A stretch of 64,000 nt of DNA from Candidatus Latescibacterota bacterium (GCA_965197905.1 CBDAOB010000005.1:384001-448000), one strand, 5' to 3'. Counted from the stretch's first letter, positions 11,185 to 21,708 are shown. Notes: a model not told the origin generated them from the sequence alone. A program made the numbers and translations.

Positions 11185-12346
11185 GAATTCCTCCCAGCGG
11201 CGATGGTCTGGAAATCGTCGCGCCGGCAGCGCTAGGGGCATACCTGGGCCGCTTCGGCGCAAAGTCGCGTCGGAGTGTTAGCTTGCAGTCTTTCAACGGG
11301 AGTCGCACGCGCGCTCCGTCTCGTCGATGTGACTCGATGCAGGCAAGGATCAGCTCAAGGTTGCGGCGGGCAAGTCGCACGCCGCCGCGGGTCGGTTCCC
11401 CGGTATCGAGAGCATGGACCAGGTCTTCGACGAGCCTTAGCGTTGCACTCGCGCGCTCAAAGGCCGGAAACGGCGGGAACTCGAAGGCTGGCTCATCGGC
11501 TGCAACGGGGGACCGTCGCCGCATGATTCGCCATTCCAGGCCATTGGCCAGGCAGGCTACGGTACCTTCCTTACACACGGCTTCGTATTGTCCTCCCTGG
11601 TCCGTCAGCAGCGCGTACGCCGTTACGCCGTTCTCGAATTGCAGGATCCCGTGCCCCTGCGGGTCCGAGATCAGGTTGTCGCCGTCGATCCCGGTGAAAT
11701 CAGTGCCGTCGGTATGCTCGTGATGGTAGCCGTAGGGCAGATGGGCTTGGACCCAGGACACGGGTTGTTCGTTGTTCAGCAGCAAAACGACGTCGAAGTG
11801 GTGGCTGGCGCCGTTGAAGAGATCCCCGGTGTTATAGACGATCACCGAACTCAACGCACCGATCTCTCCGCTGTCTATGACGCTCTTCATCGCGTGAAAA
11901 CCTGGGTCCCAACGACGATTGGTACCCAGGTTGAAGGCGACTCCGTGCCGCTCGACGGCCTCTACCATCTGGTCTGCTTCCTCCATAGAGGAAGCCATCG
12001 CTTTCTCCGCGTAAATCGCCTTGACTCCGTGCTCTGCGGCGAAAGTTACGATTTCCGCGCGTTGTTCCGGCTGGGTGGCAACACTTACGATGTCCGGCTT
12101 CTCCTTTTCGATCAACTGACGGTAGTCAACCAGCTGGCGCTCCTGCGGAACGTTGTAGAGTCTCCCGAACTCCGCCATGACGTCCGTCCTCAGATCGGAG
12201 CAACCCACCAGCTCGGTCCTACTGCAGGCCGTGTATACAGCGGCGTGGGAGAAGGGAGGTCGGTGGGCCGGATCTGCAGCGATCTCATTGTCGATAAATC
12301 CACCCATTCGGCCGCATCCGATAACGACTGCTTTGTAGGTTTTCAC
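11174..12346 (-). CDS. Gfo/Idh/MocA family oxidoreductase
   Basis: VIGCGRMG Rossmann motif, PDIVSVAT, AEKAMA and ASHHFD. The C-terminal tail after RPRYAP may be readthrough from an indel in a C run. Confidence 0.9.
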   Translation of the reverse strand: MKTYKAVVIGCGRMGGFIDNEIAADPAHRPPFSHAAVYTACSRTELVGCSDLRTDVMAEFGRLYNVPQERQLVDYRQLIEKEKPDIVSVATQPEQRAEIVTFAAEHGVKAIYAEKAMASSMEEADQMVEAVERHGVAFNLGTNRRWDPGFHAMKSVIDSGEIGALSSVIVYNTGDLFNGASHHFDVVLLLNNEQPVSWVQAHLPYGYHHEHTDGTDFTGIDGDNLISDPQGHGILQFENGVTAYALLTDQGGQYEAVCKEGTVACLANGLEWRIMRRRSPVAADEPAFEFPPFPAFERASATLRLVEDLVHALDTGEPTRGGVRLARRNLELILACIESHRRDGARVRLPLKDCKLTLRRDFAPKRPRYAPSAAGATISRPSPLGGIHAP

Positions 12347-12433
12347 AGCAACGCCTCCTAGGTCGGCTGGGTAACTGGAATAAGTTCGGTCGAATCGAAC
12401 GTCACGACCCGGCCTCGCCGAGCCGCGTGTCCA

Positions 12434-13555
12434 TCATTGGGCGAGCGGATTACCTCTGAGCGTGGGCAGCGGTTGCGGTCTCACCAGGATGCCACCTTGT
12501 TCGTAACTCTCAATTGCGGCAAAGGTATATTCGAGCGCCGCGAGGGCGTCCCGCCCGGAGGCCCTGAGCTTCTCTTTCGGCACCGCGCTGGTGACATCCT
12601 CGAGAAAGGCATGAATTCTGTTCGGAAAGGTCGTCCCGAAATCGGTTACCCCCGACTCGGTCACCTCAAGCCCCGCTGACTCGCCAGCTTTCATATTCTC
12701 CGGTGATGCGGCATTTTTCGGATCGGGGGCGGGGAAGTAGGTAATCTTCTCGACACAATTTTCTATGCAGAACGTCCCCATCGATCCACCGACCTCGAGA
12801 GACCACCAGCCGCCCAGACCGAAGGTGTAATCTCCGCGCTGGCTCAGGAGATAACCTATGGCCCCATTCGCAAAGCGCATGTGGATGCTGTTGACACTTA
12901 CCATGAGATCGCCGGCATGTTTTCTGAAGCCGGGACGATCCATAAAAGCCTGAATATGGGTGACGTCTCCGCAAAAGTAGCGCATGCAGCTGAACGGATG
13001 GTGCAGAAAGGCTTTCACGTGAAAGTAAGGGAAGTCGGCGGAGCGCGGTGCGTCGGACGGTTGGTAGGTTGCTTCGCCGCCGGCAAACCCCATCCGATGT
13101 ACGCAAAACCCGAGCTCACCGATCTTGCCGTTGGCGATATACTCGTCGGCCTTCTCCGCTGGCTGGGTGAAGTAATGGTTCAGATTGCACCCGAGGTAGA
13201 GGTCCAGCTCCGCCGCCCGGGCCACCATCTGCCGCCCTTCGTTGATATCGTTCGAGATCGGCTTCTCGACGAGTACGTGTTTTCCCGCTTCGAGCGCTTC
13301 CATGGTCGGCTCGAAATGCCAGCTCCCGTTCTCGTTGCCGCCGGTGCAGACATCGACGATATCGACCTCTTCGTGTTCGAACATCTCGGATAAGGAACGA
13401 TACGACTTCACCTTAAACTCGGCCGCCATCTCGTCTGCGCGTTCCTTATTCAAATCGCAGATCGCCACGAGCTGCGCGAGCTCATCTGCTGCATGACTGG
13501 CGGCGTGGTTTTTGCCTATGCCTCGCGCTCCAACTATCCCTACTCTGAGTGCCAT
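12434..13555 (-). CDS. Gfo/Idh/MocA family oxidoreductase
   Basis: Start set at MALRVGIVGARGIG (ATG 13555, RBS GGAGAGG); DIVDVCT and GKHVLVEKP. Confidence 0.9.
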   Translation of the reverse strand: MALRVGIVGARGIGKNHAASHAADELAQLVAICDLNKERADEMAAEFKVKSYRSLSEMFEHEEVDIVDVCTGGNENGSWHFEPTMEALEAGKHVLVEKPISNDINEGRQMVARAAELDLYLGCNLNHYFTQPAEKADEYIANGKIGELGFCVHRMGFAGGEATYQPSDAPRSADFPYFHVKAFLHHPFSCMRYFCGDVTHIQAFMDRPGFRKHAGDLMVSVNSIHMRFANGAIGYLLSQRGDYTFGLGGWWSLEVGGSMGTFCIENCVEKITYFPAPDPKNAASPENMKAGESAGLEVTESGVTDFGTTFPNRIHAFLEDVTSAVPKEKLRASGRDALAALEYTFAAIESYEQGGILVRPQPLPTLRGNPLAQ

Positions 13556-13621
13556 CAGTGTTTCCTCTCCGAAGCTATCGCGCGGCCTCGCCGGGCAAAG
13601 CGCCTTGCCCACCAGGGGTCG

Positions 13622-14632
13622 TTACAGCGACACGACGGTGCCGTTTTTTAATGATTCAATCGATGCGAATATGACTCGAAGTCCCTCGAGCGCGTCGGCT
13701 CCGGAGCCATCGATTTCATCAGGCGATACACCTTCTGACACTTGCTCGACGAAGCGGTGCAGCCGCGCCCGAAAGGTGTCGTCGAAACCGCCGTAGCCGC
13801 CGAATACCGGATTCGTATAGACGCGCTTCTCCAGGGAATTCGCCGGGTAGAGCGTCGCCTCTCGCCACATATCCTCGATGACGAACCGGCCCTCCGTACC
13901 GGCGACCTCGCAACGCTCCATCGGATGGCCACGACCGATATCGTAGCTGCTGGTAAGGCTCCCCACCGCGCCGGAGGCGAACTGTAGATTGATCGAGGCG
14001 GTAGACCAGATTCTGCGTTGGGGCGCCTTGGTTGCAAAGCACTGCACTCGGTAGATCTGACCGCCGAAATGTTGCATGAGATCGACGCTATGAGGATTCA
14101 AGGCTTTCAGGTGGTACGCCTCGGTTTCCGGTTCGTCGAATCTTCCGATCCACAACGACATGTTGATGAAGAGGATGTCGCCGATGTCTCCTTCCTCGAT
14201 CCAGCGCTCGGCCTCCCGGGTTGCCGGCGTGAAACGATGATTGAAGTCGACCCCGAGACAGAGTCCCTTTTCGCGGGCAGCAACGACCATCTCTTCAGCC
14301 GGCGCGAGCTCGTTCGAGAGGGGCTTTTCGCAGAGCACGTGGGCGCCTGACTCCAACGCCTCCATGACCGGACGATGGTGATCGCTGCCGTACTCGTATC
14401 CGCCGGTCGCGACACTCACGACATCGGGCGAAGCGGCTGAAAACATCTCCGCTGCTTCGAGGTAATGTCGAACCCCAAGTCGTTCCTCGGTGGCTTGTGC
14501 TCGTGCCGGAATAACATCGCAAACACCCACGAGCTCGCACAGCTCGTCGGTCGAGTAGATATCGGCGTGGAGATTCCCGATCGGCCCCAGCCCGACGACA
14601 CAAACTCGTTTCGTCGATTTCTCTTCAGCCAT
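13622..14632 (-). CDS. Gfo/Idh/MocA family oxidoreductase
   Basis: VVGLGPIG, DVVSVAT, GAHVLCEKP, FNHRF and HSVDL. Confidence 0.92.
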   Translation of the reverse strand: MAEEKSTKRVCVVGLGPIGNLHADIYSTDELCELVGVCDVIPARAQATEERLGVRHYLEAAEMFSAASPDVVSVATGGYEYGSDHHRPVMEALESGAHVLCEKPLSNELAPAEEMVVAAREKGLCLGVDFNHRFTPATREAERWIEEGDIGDILFINMSLWIGRFDEPETEAYHLKALNPHSVDLMQHFGGQIYRVQCFATKAPQRRIWSTASINLQFASGAVGSLTSSYDIGRGHPMERCEVAGTEGRFVIEDMWREATLYPANSLEKRVYTNPVFGGYGGFDDTFRARLHRFVEQVSEGVSPDEIDGSGADALEGLRVIFASIESLKNGTVVSL

Positions 14633-15497
14633 TCAAAGCGATACCTGCATCGGTTAAGAGCTTGAGCCAATCGTGATGAGAACGCGCGACAGTGTCGGGA
14701 TTTGCGTGGCTACGAGCGACAAATCCGACACTGTGCGGACGGCCTGTAGGCAGGCCAATACCGCTGTAGCGTGAATCGACGCTCCATCTGACGGTGTTGG
14801 ACCTGTTCGGAATCGAGCGATGCAACAATCTCTCCCGGGTCAACACCACGTCGCCCACGTCCAATTCACACGTCACCACGTCGCCGTCGGGCAGTTCCGG
14901 CTCGGCAACACCTATATAGCCGGATTGTCGGCTGTTGTGCGGCAGCAGACCTTCGTGATGCGATCCTCGCAACACCTGCAGACAGCCATTGTCGGCGGTG
15001 GCTTTTACCAGAGGAATCCAGAAATTCACAACCAGGGTTTCGCCCGCTTCCTCAGGAATCAGATAAGCCAGATCTTGATGCCAGGGAACCACGCCCTTCT
15101 CATGGTCCGGTAGTTTCCCGCGCAGGACGGCTTGCGGATGGGCCAGAATCTCCGGTCCAATCAGCGATTCCGCTGCATCTAGAAGCGCCGGCCACGTCCT
15201 AAGTGTGAACATCCCTGCGGTTTTGTGATGTTTGCCGTGAACCTGTCCCCACAGCCAATCTCGGTCCGAACAGGCGTTCGACATGAGCGCCAGGCGCGTG
15301 TCGAAGGGCGCACCCCGAAATGTGTCGGTTGCGGCCAAGATTTCCCGGCTCACTGCTTCGTTGGCGGTCTCGTCCACCTTGTGCTCGAGCTCTTCGATTA
15401 GGGGTCGAACGGCTTCGGGGGGGAGCAAATCGCGGACAATCAAATATCCGTCGTCGTGAAAATTCTCAACCTCTCGAGAGGTGAGTCCTCGGCTCAT
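14625..15497 (-). CDS. Phytanoyl-CoA dioxygenase (PhyH) family Fe(II)/2-oxoglutarate dioxygenase
   Basis: FHDDGYLIV, PWHQD (HxD), WIPL...NGCLQVLRGSH and LLHRS.PN.S...R; RBS AGGAGG upstream. Confidence 0.92.
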   Translation of the reverse strand: MSRGLTSREVENFHDDGYLIVRDLLPPEAVRPLIEELEHKVDETANEAVSREILAATDTFRGAPFDTRLALMSNACSDRDWLWGQVHGKHHKTAGMFTLRTWPALLDAAESLIGPEILAHPQAVLRGKLPDHEKGVVPWHQDLAYLIPEEAGETLVVNFWIPLVKATADNGCLQVLRGSHHEGLLPHNSRQSGYIGVAEPELPDGDVVTCELDVGDVVLTRERLLHRSIPNRSNTVRWSVDSRYSGIGLPTGRPHSVGFVARSHANPDTVARSHHDWLKLLTDAGIALNG

Positions 15498-15723
15498 CAA
15501 CAACCTCCTATTGACCTAACGAGCTTGCCGGTGCCCGCTCGCTGCCTACCGGTCGTTGCTGTGATGGAAAGGACGAATCTAACTAGATTTCAACGCAGCG
15601 ACCATGTGAGCAACAGGTGGGCACTGCTTTGAAACGGGAACAGAAAATGGGCTTATTTAACCTAGTGGAACGAATCTCACGTGCGACTGGTACTCTATCA
15701 GACTACAAGCCGGAGGTGCCAAG

Positions 15724-17673
15724 ATGGTTGAAACGGACTCTTATTCGAAATCGGTGACGGTCCCGGGACTTGTCACTGTCAATGCGACCGAACTGTCGCC
15801 GCCGCCAAACTGGGCCCTCCTTGAACGCCGGTTGATGAAACTCATGGAGCAATCTGTTCAGCCAGTAGTCGACACCTACGCCGAGAAAGGTGGAGCCTAC
15901 TATTATGCCGATGATGTCGACGATCTCTACGAAAGGGCATGCAACTGGAGCCTGTTCTATGCCATGGGGGCGTCTTCCCACGTGCTCGATCTGGCGCTGC
16001 AACAATGGCATGCAACCTCCCGTTTCTTTGCCGACGACATCGTCAGTCGGATCCATCCCCGATTTAAACCTCAGATCCACAATGAATACTTCAACTGCGC
16101 TACCCCCGGTGCGAGTGAGTGGCACCACAAGGGGGAAGGCAACATGGCGCTCTACTACTTCGGCCTGGCCGATCCCACCATTTCGGAGAACCTGCGCCGC
16201 GCCAGGCGATTTGCCGCCATGTACATGGACGAGGATCCGGAAGCTCCCAACTACGATCCACAATACAAGATCTTTCGCTGCCCCATACAGACCAGCGTAG
16301 GCCCCCTCCGTCACGCCAGCCTCGAAGACGCGGTCATGTGGCTTCAAGGAGGGGAAGCGAAGACGGGGGAGGGGTACAAGTATTACGGTGTGCGGGCGAC
16401 GCTCTATCCGCTGGTGAAAGAGCTGGAGCCGGACTGGTACGAAAAACCCCAGCGCCGGGATGAGATCCTCAAGCTGTTCGATGAGGTCGTGCTCAAGGGC
16501 GACATAGCCAACAGCCTGGGCGCCACTGCCCTCATGACCAACGCCTACCTCTACACCGGCGAGGACAAATACAAGCGGTGGGTGCTGGACTATACCGAAG
16601 CATGGATGGAGCGCATGGAAAAGAACGGTGGGATCATGCCGGACAATGTTGGTCTGACCGGTCAAATCGGTGAATACCGTCAGGGCCAATGGTGGGGTGG
16701 GCTTTACGGCTGGAACAGCTTCGTCGGTAGCTACATCATGTTCAGCTCGCTCACCATCGCCGCCGAATGTGCCCTCCTGCTCACCGGTGATTTCCACTAT
16801 CTGGAGCTGCTGCGTTCGCAGATCAAGGTTCTGATGGACAACGCCATCACTCGCGAGGATGGCCAGCTCCTGCTGCCGTCTCGCTATGGTCCCAATGGCT
16901 GGGAGCATGCCAGGGAAAATCTGGATCGTGAGAAGGGTCGATTCGTGCCGTTCCGCATGCAGGAGCTGGCTCACCTCTACCACGCCTCCATGGCTGCCGA
17001 AGACTACGATCTCATCGCCAGGATTCGCGACACGGACAAAGAGCGCGACTGGAATCAGGTGCCCGTCCTCGGAGAAAAGAGCTACGGCGACACCGAACTG
17101 GCCCGCTTCCAGTATTACGACGGCAAGAACCCCGACTGGCCCGAGAAGATCCTACGAGCCGAATACCAGAATGCCCAGAGAGACTTCGAATCGATACAAA
17201 ACGAAACTCGCGATGCCAACACCCTGATTGCGGACAACTACAGTCCACCCGATCCGGTCTACACCAAAGGTTTGACGCAGGTGATGATGGGCGCCCCGCA
17301 ATCTGTCTATACGGGCGGGTTGCTGCGCGCAACAGTGCGCTATTTCGATTCAGACCGCGCGCGGCCTGGCCTGCCGCCTGACGTGGCCGCGCTGGTCGAC
17401 CATCTGGAAGCCGATAGTGCCGGCATTCACTTGGTCAACTTGAGTACCAGCGAGCCGCGAAACCTGATCGTGCAGGCCGGGGCATTCGCCGAGCACCAGT
17501 TTGTCGAGCTGACCTATGAGGACAAGACCGTTCCCGTGGAGTCGAAGTATTTCGCCGTTCAACTGCTGCCCGCTGCGTCCGTCCGGCTGAACGTGGGCAT
17601 GCGGCGTTTCGCACATCGTGCCACCTACGCCTTTCCCTGGCACGGAGACAGGATTCCGGTGCCTTACCAATAG
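15724..17673 (+). CDS. Conserved hypothetical 649-aa protein, Trp/Tyr-rich, possibly an (alpha/alpha)-toroid enzyme
   Basis: Long ORF with RBS GGAGG; motifs DDLYE, EWHHKGEG, GLADP, RARRFA, MPDNVG, WWGGLYGW and RPGLPPDVAALV. Fold is inference. Confidence 0.75.
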   Translation: MVETDSYSKSVTVPGLVTVNATELSPPPNWALLERRLMKLMEQSVQPVVDTYAEKGGAYYYADDVDDLYERACNWSLFYAMGASSHVLDLALQQWHATSRFFADDIVSRIHPRFKPQIHNEYFNCATPGASEWHHKGEGNMALYYFGLADPTISENLRRARRFAAMYMDEDPEAPNYDPQYKIFRCPIQTSVGPLRHASLEDAVMWLQGGEAKTGEGYKYYGVRATLYPLVKELEPDWYEKPQRRDEILKLFDEVVLKGDIANSLGATALMTNAYLYTGEDKYKRWVLDYTEAWMERMEKNGGIMPDNVGLTGQIGEYRQGQWWGGLYGWNSFVGSYIMFSSLTIAAECALLLTGDFHYLELLRSQIKVLMDNAITREDGQLLLPSRYGPNGWEHARENLDREKGRFVPFRMQELAHLYHASMAAEDYDLIARIRDTDKERDWNQVPVLGEKSYGDTELARFQYYDGKNPDWPEKILRAEYQNAQRDFESIQNETRDANTLIADNYSPPDPVYTKGLTQVMMGAPQSVYTGGLLRATVRYFDSDRARPGLPPDVAALVDHLEADSAGIHLVNLSTSEPRNLIVQAGAFAEHQFVELTYEDKTVPVESKYFAVQLLPAASVRLNVGMRRFAHRATYAFPWHGDRIPVPYQ

Positions 17674-17773
17674 TCACGATCCGCCGGGTACGGTATGCAG
17701 CAAGTCCGCAGCGGCTCTCTTGACCCGAGTGCTAATAAGTTCGTTATCCTTCCCAAACGCAGGAGCGGTATAG

Positions 17774-18697
17774 ATGCGCGTATCATGGGATGAGGACAGC
17801 GCTACCCTTACCTTCAGCACCGATCGAATCGAGGGGGTCGTCGCGGCACTCTTCGACGGGCAGGACTGTCACTGCCATCGATTGCATCAGGTGGTGCACA
17901 AACCCACGGGAACCCTCGTCAGTCCCGATGGCGAACGCGAGGCGGGGCTGCTCAGCCTCTACAAGGTACTGGCGCGATCGAGCTATCTGACGGAGCTCCG
18001 GGTGCAGAGGCCTGAGGTGTTACCGCTGGAATCGGGGTTGTGCTTCCGCTGGACACCCACCCTTCACCACCAGGCGTACGTGGAGAGCACCATCGATGTA
18101 AAAGAGCCCAACATTATCGACGTCGGTTTGAAGGTAGAGGGGTACACATCCTACACCGACTACCAGGTTTTTCTCAATTGCTATGTGGCGCCTGGTTTCA
18201 CCCCAGTTGTCTATCTACAGGACAAGGATGCAGAAGCGGAGCAAGTCAAAGTAGTCTACAATGATGTTTACCGGGGGATGTACAACATATTCCCCCGCGA
18301 CATGGACGCCGCCAAGGTGCTCTACGACGGTAGAGGGCAGAGCGGTCGCCACAACTGGTGGGTGGCGCTGGGACGCATCTACGGCCTTCCATTGGGCTCG
18401 TTTACGGACGGCACCGTTGATGTTGTAGTGATGGGGCGCCGCGAAGACGTCCAGGCGGTGGGTGTCAGCTATGCCGGCGACGAGGATTCGGATCGAGTCG
18501 CCGCCCATCGTGGGATCTACCTGCCTCTATTCGGGAGAGATCTGCGTCCGGGATTCGGTTGGCAGACCCAGGCACGCATGGTAATCGACGACTTCGGGGC
18601 GGACCCGGCCGAACATCAAAGGCTGTACCGGAAGTTTTGTGAAGAGGTGGCGACCCAGCCGCGCGATCTTCCCGTCGTGCCCCAGAACTGGCTATAG
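17774..18697 (+). CDS. Hypothetical protein (predicted beta-rich)
   Basis: 307-aa ORF with RBS AGGAG, co-directional with its neighbours; no family recognised. Confidence 0.7.
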   Translation: MRVSWDEDSATLTFSTDRIEGVVAALFDGQDCHCHRLHQVVHKPTGTLVSPDGEREAGLLSLYKVLARSSYLTELRVQRPEVLPLESGLCFRWTPTLHHQAYVESTIDVKEPNIIDVGLKVEGYTSYTDYQVFLNCYVAPGFTPVVYLQDKDAEAEQVKVVYNDVYRGMYNIFPRDMDAAKVLYDGRGQSGRHNWWVALGRIYGLPLGSFTDGTVDVVVMGRREDVQAVGVSYAGDEDSDRVAAHRGIYLPLFGRDLRPGFGWQTQARMVIDDFGADPAEHQRLYRKFCEEVATQPRDLPVVPQNWL

Positions 18698-18742
18698 GTC
18701 TCGTTAAGACAGGCCTGCGCCCACCACGTCGAGAGGTATCTG

Positions 18743-19795
18743 ATGCCCAACATCAATGGAATCGAGCTGAGAAAACTGGTCTGCAACGCTGAATTCGAGC
18801 CGCGTTGGGAATCTTATGAGCTGGATGACCTCGCCCCCGACGAGGTTCGTGTGAGAAGCGAGCTGAGCGCCGCGAAACACGGCACCGAGATGGCGAAAAT
18901 CCTCGGCACCGGTGCCCACATAAAGATGCGCTATATGATCGACCGAAAACACTTTGATCGCACGCGAGAATCATCCTTCGATTCGAAAAGGTGGGTGGGC
19001 ACGGGCAATGCCACCGTGGGAACAGTGATTGCGGCGGGCGCCGAAGTGCGCGATCTCAAGGAGGGGGATCGGGTCTGGCGAGGTGGGGGTTTCCAGACGG
19101 TTCATCAGGGCAAAGGTTTCAGAAAATTGATTGACGGTTTCAGCGCCGCAGCTGCCTGCTGCATGGATCCGGCGACTTTCGCCCTCGGGCCGGTACGCGA
19201 CGGCAATGTGCGGGCTGGTGAACGTGTTTTGGTTCTGGGTATGGGGGCCATCGGGCTCTTTGCCGTGCAGCTGGCGCGCCTTTCGGGAGCCATCGAGGTA
19301 GTCGCCTCGGACCCCATCGCGGCGCGGCGCGAGCTGGCGCTTGCGCACGGCGCGACCCGGGTGATCGATCCGCTCGAGGTGAAAGATTTCGCAGCCGCCT
19401 CCCGAGAGTGGTTTCCTGATGGCGCGGATGTCGCCATCGAGGCGAGCGGCAACTACGTCGCCTTGAACCAGGCTATCCGCGCCACGCGATACGCGGGCAA
19501 CGTGGTGCCACTGGGATACTACCTGGGGGAGGCCAAGGGATTGTTTCTGGGCGAAGAATTTCATTTCAACCGGCTCAACATCCTCTCCTCGCGCACCTGC
19601 AGCGAACCGCCGCGGGAGTTGACCTGGGATAATCAGCGATTCGAGGAAACGCTGATCGAGCTATTCGTGCGGGGCGACCTGCAAACTTTCGGTTTACCCA
19701 GCCCAATCGTCGGGCCGGAGGAGCTGCCGGAGACCTACGGTCAGATCTATCACGCCCCCGACGAGGTGATCAAGGTGGCCGTGCGGTATCCATAG
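18743..19795 (+). CDS. Medium-chain dehydrogenase/reductase (zinc-binding ADH superfamily)
   Basis: AKHGTE, VLVLGMGAIG NAD-binding motif, GADVAIEASG and LGEEFHFNR. Confidence 0.85.
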   Translation: MPNINGIELRKLVCNAEFEPRWESYELDDLAPDEVRVRSELSAAKHGTEMAKILGTGAHIKMRYMIDRKHFDRTRESSFDSKRWVGTGNATVGTVIAAGAEVRDLKEGDRVWRGGGFQTVHQGKGFRKLIDGFSAAAACCMDPATFALGPVRDGNVRAGERVLVLGMGAIGLFAVQLARLSGAIEVVASDPIAARRELALAHGATRVIDPLEVKDFAAASREWFPDGADVAIEASGNYVALNQAIRATRYAGNVVPLGYYLGEAKGLFLGEEFHFNRLNILSSRTCSEPPRELTWDNQRFEETLIELFVRGDLQTFGLPSPIVGPEELPETYGQIYHAPDEVIKVAVRYP

Positions 19796-19845
19796 GTCTG
19801 TCGATCCAAACGCCACATGATTAGTCATCTTAAGCAACAGTAACT

Positions 19846-21708
19846 ATGCCATATTTTCGCGCCGTTCTAATCCATTTGATATGGGCCGTTCTGCTCAAGG
19901 GTGGTCTGTGGGCGCAAACCTTACCCAGCCCCGTCGCCTCGGACGAGAATCTTTCACAACCGGAGGTTTCGGGCAGTTTTGTTCCTATGCGTATTACCGC
20001 TCAAAACGTGCACTGGAGCGGGGACGGTCCAGTTACCATTCCTTTCACGACGAATCAGCGGGGTACGTTCTGGGCCGCCATTTACGAGTTGGGTTCTTCG
20101 GAGACGGGTGAGCGCGGACCGAACGGTGCCTGGTTGCGCCTGGCGCCGCAGGACAAATTCGTCGCCGTGACCGCAAGGCAGCCGGCTGAGTTAGGCCAGA
20201 ACGTCATCATGTGGGACGGTGCCGACTTTGGGGGCAACACCGTAGCCTCCGGAAACTACTCCTTTGACCTGATCGGCGTTAACGACCAGGACAAACCGGC
20301 CCTGGCCGGACCTGGACCGCGCGATTTTACCAAGGTCATCATCGACACTCGCTTCGATCCCCCCGAAATCTGGGCCCACACGAGCGATCGCCGAAAAGTC
20401 GCGTCCGGAGAAACCTCAGGTGATATCGTTCGTGGGACGCTGGGTACGGATTACATCGCCAATCCGCGCGCCTTCGAACGCTGGAACTACGTCGACATCT
20501 TCGAATTCGATGGGTCCCAAACGATCGGCGGTATGCGCGTCGACGATGAAGATCCAGATATCTTCTGGACGTCCCACATGAACGGTGAAGATGGCGGACT
20601 GTATAAAATGCGCATTTCACGCCAATCCAAATCATGGAGCCTAGTCACCGACTTCGCCGAGGACGGCCATTCCGTCAATGGCAACGGCGATCAAGTCACT
20701 GAGCTGGAGCCCTGGGGCCCCAAGGGCGTTGTTTACAACGGGCTCTGGGGACAGCAACAGACTCCATTCTGCGCCATCGAAGCCCGCGATAAGATCAGCG
20801 GCGAGATTTCCGCCGCCTTCGACGTAACAGAGTTTTACGCCACCTTCAATGTCGACAGCGCCGGCAACGAATCGGTCACGGGCAACGGCCCCGGCCATAT
20901 GGATGTCAACCGTCACGGCATCTGGATGACCAGTTGGGCAGCACCTGCCGTCGTCTTCATGGATCACGACGGCAACATAAAATGGGTCAACGGCAACGGT
21001 GACCGAATCGGCGACGTAATCAGCGACGAAGAGGCCGCACAGCTCGGGATATCGGCGGTGGGCGGGAACAACATTCAAATACGCCCCGACATCAGCGGCC
21101 ATGCTGCTTTCTTTACCATCAACGGCAACAACCGCGGAACCCACATTTCCACCCTCGGCCGTGACGGTTCCGGCTTATTCGAGATCTCCTTCTCCAGCGA
21201 CCTAGGACCGTTCCGCCCCGACGCCACCTGGCATCTCACGATCGTCGATGAAGGCGGACCGTACGACGGGTTCTACTACGGCTCGCCTCTGGGACTGCTG
21301 GGAGGTACTGGCTCAGAAGGTGGCCTGCGCGGTCCCGGTGCGTTGCTCCACATTCCGTTTGATCTAGCGTCCGGTCTGCTGGGTGAAGACGTGACGGCGG
21401 TGGAAGAGGCAACAGGTGCCGAAACCCCCAACAGCTATCGTCTTGGGGCCGCTTATCCCAACCCGTTCAATTCAGAATCCAGCATCGAGTTCGCCGTTCC
21501 GGTTGAAGAGCGCGTCAGAATCGAAATCTTCAACGCAGTCGGTCAGCAGCTGGCTACCCTGGTCGATGAGGACCTGAGGGCAGGTGTTTACGAGGTTTCC
21601 TGGAAAGCGATCGATAAGATTGGCCGGCGAGTATCGAGTGGTATCTATTTCTATCGGATGCACGCCGGAAATTTTACCGACACCCGTTCTGTGACCCTCC
21701 TCAAGTAG
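19846..21708 (+). CDS. Secreted protein with N-terminal FlgD-Ig-like module and C-terminal T9SS-type/FlgD-Ig domain
   Basis: Signal peptide; WDGADFGGNTVASGNY near the N-terminus; C-terminal AYPNPFN..SIEF...IFNAVGQ...SSGIYFYRM..GNFTDTRSVTLLK. Confidence 0.85.
   Translation: MPYFRAVLIHLIWAVLLKGGLWAQTLPSPVASDENLSQPEVSGSFVPMRITAQNVHWSGDGPVTIPFTTNQRGTFWAAIYELGSSETGERGPNGAWLRLAPQDKFVAVTARQPAELGQNVIMWDGADFGGNTVASGNYSFDLIGVNDQDKPALAGPGPRDFTKVIIDTRFDPPEIWAHTSDRRKVASGETSGDIVRGTLGTDYIANPRAFERWNYVDIFEFDGSQTIGGMRVDDEDPDIFWTSHMNGEDGGLYKMRISRQSKSWSLVTDFAEDGHSVNGNGDQVTELEPWGPKGVVYNGLWGQQQTPFCAIEARDKISGEISAAFDVTEFYATFNVDSAGNESVTGNGPGHMDVNRHGIWMTSWAAPAVVFMDHDGNIKWVNGNGDRIGDVISDEEAAQLGISAVGGNNIQIRPDISGHAAFFTINGNNRGTHISTLGRDGSGLFEISFSSDLGPFRPDATWHLTIVDEGGPYDGFYYGSPLGLLGGTGSEGGLRGPGALLHIPFDLASGLLGEDVTAVEEATGAETPNSYRLGAAYPNPFNSESSIEFAVPVEERVRIEIFNAVGQQLATLVDEDLRAGVYEVSWKAIDKIGRRVSSGIYFYRMHAGNFTDTRSVTLLK

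Noticed and set aside
15703..16983. Long antisense ORFs (for example 426 aa here, 289 aa at 984-1853 and 286 aa at 24950-25810)
   Set aside because: Shadow frames of well-supported genes in GC-rich DNA, with no recognisable motifs.
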